A program made the position numbers and the translations under genes. Shown here piece after piece: positions 57,582-64,000 of a stretch of 64,000 bases of DNA (the stretch's first letter is position 1; every line of letters begins with the position of its first letter). The DNA is from Pseudomonadota bacterium (GTDB taxonomy: Bacteria > Desulfobacterota > Binatia > Binatales > Binataceae). The notes under the pieces are model-generated. The model was not told the DNA's origin. It made no database searches and saw only the letters and a program-made list of their open reading frames with translations. The DNA lies in NCBI GenBank assembly GCA_021325025.1, contig JAJPHZ010000016.1:259616-323615 (forward strand), in the 5' to 3' direction.

Positions 57582-58922
57582 ATGTTTGAAACCCTGAGCG
57601 ACCGCCTGGAAGGAGTATTCAAGAAGCTTCGCGGCCAGGGGCGGATTACCGAAAAAAATATCGAAGAAGCGGTGCGCGAGGTGCGTCTGGCGCTGCTGGA
57701 AGCCGACGTCAACATCAAGGTCGTCAAGGACTTTATCGAGCACGTCAAGCGCAAGGCGATGGGCCAGGAGGTGCTGCGCTCGCTCAGTCCCGAGCAGCAC
57801 CTGATCCGGTTTGTCGCCACCGAGTTGCGCGAGGTGATGGGCGGCAGCGCGCGGGAGCTGGACCTCAAGGTCAAGCCGCCAGTCAAGATCATGGTCGTGG
57901 GTCTGCAGGGCTCGGGCAAAACCACCTCCACCGCCAAGCTGGCGCGATGGCTGAAGGTCGAACGCAAGCGCCATCCGCTGATGGTGTCGGTGGACGTCTA
58001 CCGGCCCGCCGCAATGGAGCAGTTGCGCGTGCTGGGCCGTCAGATCGACGTCCCGGTGGTGGAAAGCCACGAGGCCCAGGACCCCATCGAGATCGCCACC
58101 AACGCGCTGGGGCGTGCCGACGTCGGCGGATACGACGTGGTGCTGCTCGATACCGCCGGCCGGCTGCAGATTGACGAGGAGATGATGGAGGAGCTGGTGC
58201 GGCTGCAGACCGTGCTGCGGCCCCATCATGTGCTGCTGGTCGCCGACGCGATGACCGGCCAGGACGCCGTCAACGTCGCCCAGGGATTCCACGAGCGCCT
58301 GAAGCTGTCGGGCGTCATCCTGACCAAGCTGGATTCCGACGCGCGCGGCGGTGCGGCCCTGTCGGTGCGGGCCGTGACCGGCGCGCCGATCCTGTTCGCC
58401 GCCATGGGCGAGAAGCTCGACGCTTTCGACGTCTTCCACCCCGACCGCCTGGCCTCGCGCATCCTGGGCATGGGCGATGTGCTGACGCTGATCGAAAAGG
58501 CCCAGCAGACCTACGATCAGAAGCAGGCCAAGGAGCTGGAACGCAAGTTCAAGAAAAACGAGTTTACCCTGGAGGACTTCGCGCAGCAGATGGCGGCGCT
58601 GCAGAAGATGGGCTCGATCGGGGAACTGCTGGGGATGATTCCGGGGTTCAAGAAGATCGCCAGCCAGGTCGATTCCGAGGAAGCGCAGCAGGAGATGGTC
58701 CGCATCAAGGCGATTATCGATTCGATGACGCGCCAGGAGCGGCGCAATCACCTGATCCTCAACGGCTCGCGCCGGGCGCGGATCGCGGCCGGCAGCGGCA
58801 CCTCGGTGCAGGAAGTCAATCGCTTCGTGAAACAATTCGAACAAACGCGTAAGATGATGAAGAAGGTCGCCAAGGCCGGGGGCGGGCGCTCGATGCTGCG
58901 CGGTTTTGGGCTTGGCGGTTAG
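57582..58922 (+). CDS. ffh: Signal recognition particle protein
   Basis: ALLEADV, GLQGSGKTT, DTAGR, TKLD and IIDSMT motifs. Confidence 0.98.
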   Translation: MFETLSDRLEGVFKKLRGQGRITEKNIEEAVREVRLALLEADVNIKVVKDFIEHVKRKAMGQEVLRSLSPEQHLIRFVATELREVMGGSARELDLKVKPPVKIMVVGLQGSGKTTSTAKLARWLKVERKRHPLMVSVDVYRPAAMEQLRVLGRQIDVPVVESHEAQDPIEIATNALGRADVGGYDVVLLDTAGRLQIDEEMMEELVRLQTVLRPHHVLLVADAMTGQDAVNVAQGFHERLKLSGVILTKLDSDARGGAALSVRAVTGAPILFAAMGEKLDAFDVFHPDRLASRILGMGDVLTLIEKAQQTYDQKQAKELERKFKKNEFTLEDFAQQMAALQKMGSIGELLGMIPGFKKIASQVDSEEAQQEMVRIKAIIDSMTRQERRNHLILNGSRRARIAAGSGTSVQEVNRFVKQFEQTRKMMKKVAKAGGGRSMLRGFGLGG

Positions 58923-58946
58923 AACAGCAAGGGAGTAAAAATATAG

Positions 58947-59198
58947 ATGGCGTTAGTGATCAGGTTGCGTCGCCAGGGGGCGCGCAAGAGACCGTTCTTC
59001 CGCATCGTGGTTGCGGAGTCCACCTCGCCGCGTGACGGACGCTGCGTGGCGCAAATCGGCACCTACGACCCCGCTTGCGACCCCCCCAAAGTCAACCTGC
59101 GCACCGACCAGGTGGAGCGATGGCTTAAGGCGGGCGCGCGGCCCAGCGCCACGGTGGCCAACCTGCTGGAGCGGGCGCGCCGGACCGCCACCGCCTAG
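58947..59198 (+). CDS. rpsP: 30S ribosomal protein S16
   Basis: IRLRRQG..RPFFRIVVA..PRDG..IGTYDP; conserved synteny. Confidence 0.95.
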   Translation: MALVIRLRRQGARKRPFFRIVVAESTSPRDGRCVAQIGTYDPACDPPKVNLRTDQVERWLKAGARPSATVANLLERARRTATA

Positions 59199-59222
59199 CA
59201 AACCTTTTGCTGGAGCCGACCC

Positions 59223-59459
59223 ATGAAGGATCTAGTCCTGTTCCTGGCTAAGCACTTGGTGAACAATCCTGATGCGGTCGAGGTAAAAGAGACCCAGGGC
59301 GATACCGCCTCGGTTCTCGAGCTGCGGGTGGCGAAGGAAGATCTTGGACGCATTATCGGCAAACAGGGCCGGACGGCCAAGTCGATCAGGACGATTCTCA
59401 ATGCGGTTGCATCGCGTACCAACCGCAAGGTGGTCCTCGAAATCATCGAAGAAAAATGA
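59223..59459 (+). CDS. khpA: KH-domain RNA-binding protein
   Basis: DLGRIIGKQGRTAKSIR; lies between rpsP and rimM. Confidence 0.93.
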   Translation: MKDLVLFLAKHLVNNPDAVEVKETQGDTASVLELRVAKEDLGRIIGKQGRTAKSIRTILNAVASRTNRKVVLEIIEEK

Positions 59460-59528
59460 CACAGCGTGCGCGCGGCAGGGGCTGCAGGAGCGCCGCCCAA
59501 AGCTTCCCGCGCGGCTCAGTGAGGCGCT

Positions 59529-60062
59529 ATGAAGGCCCCGGATCGGTTCATGAGCCGGGGTCTCATCGCGTTTGGGCAGGTGGTCGGCGCCCACGGTCTG
59601 CACGGTGCGGTGCGGGTGCGGCCCGACAACCCCGACTGTGATCCCGCCGCGATCACGCGGATCTTCGTCGATCGCGACGCAATTGCGGTCGAGCATCGAG
59701 TGCGCTCGGTGGCGCGCGCCGGCCGTGGCTCGCTCAAGATTGAGCTGGAGGGCGTCGATAGCATCGAGCAGGCGCAGGCGCTGCGCGGCGTCGTGCTGTA
59801 CCTGGCGGTCGAGGATCTGCCGCCGGCGTCGGACAAGGAATTTTACTATTTCCAGGTCATGGGCTTGCGCGTGGAGACCACCGAGGGCCGCCCGCTCGGC
59901 AGGATTGAGGAGGTCTTTTTCAACGGCGCCAACGACGTGTGGGTGGTAAGCAACGGCGGGCGCGGCGAAGTATTGATTCCGGTCATCGAGGACGTCGTGC
60001 GCCGAATCGACCTGGAAGGCGGCCGCGCTATCATTGAAGCAATCCCGGGCCTGCTGGACTGA
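59529..60062 (+). CDS. rimM: Ribosome maturation factor
   Basis: GAHGLHG, EFYY, GANDV and VLIP motifs; synteny. Confidence 0.93.
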   Translation: MKAPDRFMSRGLIAFGQVVGAHGLHGAVRVRPDNPDCDPAAITRIFVDRDAIAVEHRVRSVARAGRGSLKIELEGVDSIEQAQALRGVVLYLAVEDLPPASDKEFYYFQVMGLRVETTEGRPLGRIEEVFFNGANDVWVVSNGGRGEVLIPVIEDVVRRIDLEGGRAIIEAIPGLLD

Positions 60063-60121
60063 TTTCTGTCCCCTCTCCCATGATCAGTTGTGGCCAGGGT
60101 GAGGGGCCCCGCGTCGAGCAC

Positions 60122-60811
60122 ATGGAATTTCACTGCATCACGCTTTTCCCCGAGATGTTCGCCTCGCCCTTTGCGGGCGGGATCATGGCCCGTGCCGTGC
60201 GCGCCGGCCTGGTGAGAATCGAAACGCACAACCTGCGCGAACACGGGCTGGGCCGCTACCGCCAGGTTGACGACGAACCCTACGGCGGGGGCAGCGGCAT
60301 GGTGATGCGCCCGGAGCCGATCGCGGCTGCAATCGACGCTGTTATGGCACAGCGCCCGGGGTTGTGGCGTGTTCTGCTCACCCCGCAGGGGGAACTGTTT
60401 CGGCAGTCAATGGCCGCCGACCTGGCGCGCCGCGAACCCGGCCTGCTGCTGATTGCAGGACGCTACGAGGGCGTTGACGAGCGGGTGCGCGGCCTGGTCG
60501 ATCAGGAGATCTCGATCGGCGACTATGTGCTGAGCGGCGGGGAGCTGCCCGCGATGGTCGTGGTCGAGGCGGTGACGCGCCTGCTGCCCGGCGTGCTGGG
60601 CAATCAGGCGTCGCTGGAGGAGGAATCTTTCGGTGCGGGACTGCTGGAGTATCCGCAGTACACGCGGCCGGAGGTCTTCCGCGGCCAGCAGGTGCCGTCG
60701 ATACTGCTTAGCGGCGACCATGAGAAGATTCGGCGATGGCGCCGCGAGCAGGCGCTGGAGCGCACCCGCCGGCGCCGCCCCGACCTGCTGGTGAAAACCC
60801 CGCGTGGCTGA
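60122..60811 (+). CDS. trmD: tRNA (guanine37-N1)-methyltransferase
   Basis: [35 protein letters not shown] and YPQYTRP motifs. Confidence 0.97.
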   Translation: MEFHCITLFPEMFASPFAGGIMARAVRAGLVRIETHNLREHGLGRYRQVDDEPYGGGSGMVMRPEPIAAAIDAVMAQRPGLWRVLLTPQGELFRQSMAADLARREPGLLLIAGRYEGVDERVRGLVDQEISIGDYVLSGGELPAMVVVEAVTRLLPGVLGNQASLEEESFGAGLLEYPQYTRPEVFRGQQVPSILLSGDHEKIRRWRREQALERTRRRRPDLLVKTPRG

Positions 60812-61358
60812 CCTCTTTATCGCGCTCATTCATCATCCGGTGCTCGACCGCCGCGGTAAGATCGTGACCTCTGCGATCACGAGCCTCGACATCCATGACC
60901 TGGCGCGCTCGGCGCGCACCTACGAGGTCCGCGCCATGTTCGTCGCCCACCCGGTAAAGGAGTTGCGGGAGTTTGCCGCCAGCGTGCGTGATCGATGGCT
61001 GGAAGGATACGGCCGCCAGTTCGACGCGCTGCGCCGCGAGGCGCTGGAGCGGGTGGTGGTGGTCAGCGACCTGGAGGAGGCGATCGCTTCGATCAAAGCC
61101 GTCTGCGGCGTGCCGCCGTTGCTGGTTCATACGTCGGCGCGCACACAGGGCGGTGTCAGCTATGCGGCCCTGCGCAAGGAGCTGGAAAGCGACGGTCCGC
61201 CGTTTCTGCTCCTGTTTGGTACCGGTTTCGGCCTGGCGCCAGAACTCGCCGAGCGCGCCGACCGCGTCCTGGCGCCGATTCTGGGCCCTGGCGGCTACAA
61301 CCATCTTTCGGTGCGCGCCGCCGCCTCGATCATACTGGATCGTCTGCGCGGCCGCTGA
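60804..61358 (+). CDS. SPOUT-class RNA methyltransferase (TrmD-associated, DUF2168-like)
   Basis: [19 protein letters not shown] and [17 protein letters not shown] motifs. Confidence 0.85.
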   Translation: MADLFIALIHHPVLDRRGKIVTSAITSLDIHDLARSARTYEVRAMFVAHPVKELREFAASVRDRWLEGYGRQFDALRREALERVVVVSDLEEAIASIKAVCGVPPLLVHTSARTQGGVSYAALRKELESDGPPFLLLFGTGFGLAPELAERADRVLAPILGPGGYNHLSVRAAASIILDRLRGR

Positions 61359-61459
61359 AGCGGGTTTCCTTACCACTCGCGCTCCAGACGCGGATGAACG
61401 TGTTGAGTCGTGGGCGCCATTGGGCTAGATTTCTGGTTTCCCACGCATAGGTGGCTCCC

Positions 61460-61846
61460 ATGAACAGCGTCATCAAGAAACTCGAAGAGCAAAATCTCAA
61501 GTCCGATCTTCCCGCCTTTCGCGTGGGAGATACGGTTCGGGTGCAGGTCAAGGTCGTCGAAGGCGAAAAGGAGCGCATCCAGGCGTTTGAGGGCGTGGTA
61601 ATCAAGCTGTCCCGCGCGGGTGCCCGCACCACCTTTACGGTGCGCAAGGTTTCCTACGGCGTGGGCGTCGAGCGCATCTTTCCGCTGCATTCCAGCCGCA
61701 TCGAAAAGATCCAGGTGCTGACGCGCGGTCGCGTGCGCCGCGCCCGGCTGTATTACCTGCGCGGTCTTTCGGGCAAAGCCGCGCGCATCGGCACCAAGGG
61801 TCAGAAGGCCGCCAGCCGTCCCGCCCCATCTGCGACGCCGTCATAA
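61460..61846 (+). CDS. rplS: 50S ribosomal protein L19
   Basis: [23 protein letters not shown] and [10 protein letters not shown] motifs. Confidence 0.97.
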   Translation: MNSVIKKLEEQNLKSDLPAFRVGDTVRVQVKVVEGEKERIQAFEGVVIKLSRAGARTTFTVRKVSYGVGVERIFPLHSSRIEKIQVLTRGRVRRARLYYLRGLSGKAARIGTKGQKAASRPAPSATPS

Positions 61847-62021
61847 GCAGCACCTCGCGCCCGCGCACCTATTGGGATAGCGTCGACATCGAGCTCTCAG
61901 GCGATGCCGCGCCGCTTGATCGGCGGCCGTTTGACTGGGTCAGGACTGATGGCGCGGGCGCAATAGAACCGGCACGGAGGCTTGCGCTACAAGAAGAACG
62001 ATCGAAGCGCGCAACTTGAAG

Positions 62022-62429
62022 TCACGGCGCTTGCCTGGTCACCAGCGGATCGGCATGGCGATGCACCAGGCGCCATTGGCCGTTCTCGCGCCGGTAGATT
62101 TGGGTGACGCGCAAATCCAGTTGGGTTTCCCCGCTTTTGCCCTTTTCGCGCACCCGATTGCTTTCGATACTCACCGTATAGGCAAGGTCGGTCCCCTCCA
62201 CCATGCTGATCGTCGTGCGCTCGTAGCGGCCGCTGAGGAACTGGGAAGCGGCCCACTCCAGGCGCGGCCCGACTTCGGCCCAACCCCGTTCGTATCCGCC
62301 GAAGCCGCCCAGCACGGTGATGTCCTCGCCATGGGAATAGAGCTGCTGAAGCGGCTTGGGGTTGCCCTGCAACAGGTCGATATTCGCGGCGTCGCTGTCG
62401 GCGAGCACTTCTGAAAACGGCTTTGCCAT
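62022..62429 (-). CDS. NTF2-like/SnoaL-like (DUF4440) protein
   Basis: LRVTQIYRRENGQWRLVHRHADP C-terminus; GGAAAGGA RBS. Confidence 0.85.
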   Translation of the reverse strand: MAKPFSEVLADSDAANIDLLQGNPKPLQQLYSHGEDITVLGGFGGYERGWAEVGPRLEWAASQFLSGRYERTTISMVEGTDLAYTVSIESNRVREKGKSGETQLDLRVTQIYRRENGQWRLVHRHADPLVTRQAP

Positions 62430-62459
62430 CGCGGTTTCCTTTCCCTTTCGACCGTGGCT

Positions 62460-63083
62460 TCAGCTTCGAGCCAGGCGCGCCGCGACCTCCGTTACATGAC
62501 GGCCCTGAAAATGCGCGATCGCCAGTTCGTTGCCACTGGGATTTCGGCTGCGGCCGTCAGGGCCGGCCAGCGTGGTCGCCCCGTAGGGTCCGCCGCCGCT
62601 AATCTCCTCCATACTGGTCAGCCTCTTCTCGGAGTATGGCACGCCGACGATCACCATCCCCAGATGCAGCAGCGTGGTGTGAAAGCTGGTGATGGTCGTC
62701 TCCTGTCCGCCGTGCTGGGTGCCGGTGCTGGCAAATACGCTGCCGACCTTGCCGACCAGTTGGTTGCGCGCCCACAGCCCGCCGGTCTGATCCAGGAAAT
62801 TGCGCATCTGCGCGCACATGTTGCCGAAGCGCGTGGGAGTGCCGAAGATAATCGCGTCGGCCTCGGGCAGGCGCTCCACCGACGCAATCGGCACGTGGGC
62901 GAATTGCGCGCGCGCCTCTATCGCGCCGCTGCGGCGGAGCACATCGTCGGGCATCAATTCGGGAACCTGATAAAGCGCAACCTCGGCGCCCGACACCTCG
63001 CGCGCACCGGCCGCGACCGCTTCGGCGAGCCGATATACGTGTCCGTACATACTGTAGAAGATGATTTGTACTTTGACCGGCAC
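62460..63083 (-). CDS. wrbA: NAD(P)H:quinone oxidoreductase type IV
   Basis: [24 protein letters not shown] and GGGPYGA motifs; GTG start after AGGAGG. Confidence 0.96.
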   Translation of the reverse strand: MPVKVQIIFYSMYGHVYRLAEAVAAGAREVSGAEVALYQVPELMPDDVLRRSGAIEARAQFAHVPIASVERLPEADAIIFGTPTRFGNMCAQMRNFLDQTGGLWARNQLVGKVGSVFASTGTQHGGQETTITSFHTTLLHLGMVIVGVPYSEKRLTSMEEISGGGPYGATTLAGPDGRSRNPSGNELAIAHFQGRHVTEVAARLARS

Positions 63084-63306
63084 GCTATACCTCCTGATAA
63101 AGTTTCGTGAGCATGCTGGTTGCCGCGTCTTTCACATCGCCTCATTTCCAACGAAGTGAACAACCCCAACGGAGAGAGTTCCCGGAAACGGATTCGACAG
63201 ACAATCCGCTGCAAGCCGAGCCGGCGCGCAGCGCGCCGAGGTTGCTCGCCTTCGTCCGCAATGGCAGGGCAGAGGCGGCCCGCGCCCGCGCCGCGGGCGC
63301 TGCGTG

Positions 63307-63999
63307 CTAATCGAACATAAGGACGCTGCGGGCGACCTCGCCGGCTTTCATCGCGCGGAAGGCCTCGTTGATATCTTCGATCTTTCCGCGCCGGCTGATC
63401 ATGTCGTCAAGGTTGAGACGCCCGTCGAGGTAAAAGTTGATGTACTTGGGCATGTCGATGCGAAAGCGGTTGGAACCCATCAACGTGCCCTGGATTTTAC
63501 GCTCGGACAGAAACGCCGCGCCGTCCAACTCGACCTTTTGGCCGAAGGGGATCATGCCGATTATCGTCGCCGTGCCGCCCGGCCTGATGCATTCGAAGCA
63601 CTGCTCGGCCAGCTTCTTGAGGCCGACCGCTTCGAAGGAGTAGTCGGCGCCGCGCCCGCCGGTCTGCGCCTTGATCTCCTTGACCGGATCGGTCTGCGAG
63701 GCGTCGATGGTATGGGTGGCGCCGAACTTGCGCGCCATCGCCAGCTTGTTCTCGAACTGATCGACGGCGAAGATGCGCCCGGCGCCGGCGATGCGCGCGC
63801 CCTGGATCGCCGAAATCCCCACGCCGCCGCATCCGAATACCACCACGTCCGAGCCCGGCTCGATCTTCGCGGTGTTGAGCACCGCGCCGACTCCGGTGGT
63901 GACGCCGCATCCGATCAGCGCCGCGCGGTCCAGTCCGATCTTGTCGGTGATCTTCACCAGTGCGTTTTCATGCACCAGCATCTTTTCGGCGAAAGTGCC
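63307..63999 (-). CDS. Zn-dependent alcohol dehydrogenase, truncated at the 5' end by the window edge (paralog of 46802-47893)
   Basis: GCGVTTGVGAVLNTAK, GCGGVG and GEVARSV motifs. Confidence 0.92.
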   Translation of the reverse strand, partial: GTFAEKMLVHENALVKITDKIGLDRAALIGCGVTTGVGAVLNTAKIEPGSDVVVFGCGGVGISAIQGARIAGAGRIFAVDQFENKLAMARKFGATHTIDASQTDPVKEIKAQTGGRGADYSFEAVGLKKLAEQCFECIRPGGTATIIGMIPFGQKVELDGAAFLSERKIQGTLMGSNRFRIDMPKYINFYLDGRLNLDDMISRRGKIEDINEAFRAMKAGEVARSVLMFD

Positions 64000-64000
64000 C

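Noticed and set aside
57534-58844. 436-aa - strand ORF
   Set aside because: Antisense shadow of ffh.
60804-61358. Second methyltransferase next to trmD as a novelty
   Set aside because: A trmD-linked or trmD-fused SPOUT gene is a known arrangement in Deltaproteobacteria-like lineages.

Overview
High-GC bacterial chromosomal window. The gene content suggests a Deltaproteobacteria-affiliated diderm, possibly Candidatus Binatota; this is an inference from gene content, not a database result. Positions 1-20.8 kb are a surface-glycan locus: GT4 and GT2 enzymes, a polyprenol-phosphate sugar synthase-like GT2, four GT-C-like membrane proteins, a radical SAM/SPASM enzyme and a coiled-coil methyltransferase. 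Three of the GT-C proteins carry a C-terminal beta-rich module that also makes up most of a stand-alone secreted protein at 19.8-20.8 kb. Positions 20.9-37.7 kb form an unusual lipid A/LPS-like module: waaA, divergent lpxB, FabL-like and FabG reductases, an oversized ACP, FabF plus a Cys-to-Ser ketosynthase, an AcpS::LpxL fusion, waaF, kdoO, an amidase, a ParB/Srx::MsbA fusion, a GT4 and a lone LptF/G permease. Positions 38-57 kb are mixed metabolism (LLM oxidoreductases, DegT aminotransferase, glgB, rtcA, ADH, thiI) plus a secreted Cys-rich thaumatin-like protein. Positions 57.6-61.8 kb are the ffh-rpsP-khpA-rimM-trmD-SPOUT-rplS cluster, followed by wrbA and a partial ADH. I saw no rRNA, tRNA, CRISPR array, transposase or integrase. 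All calls come from reading motifs by eye; no searches were run.
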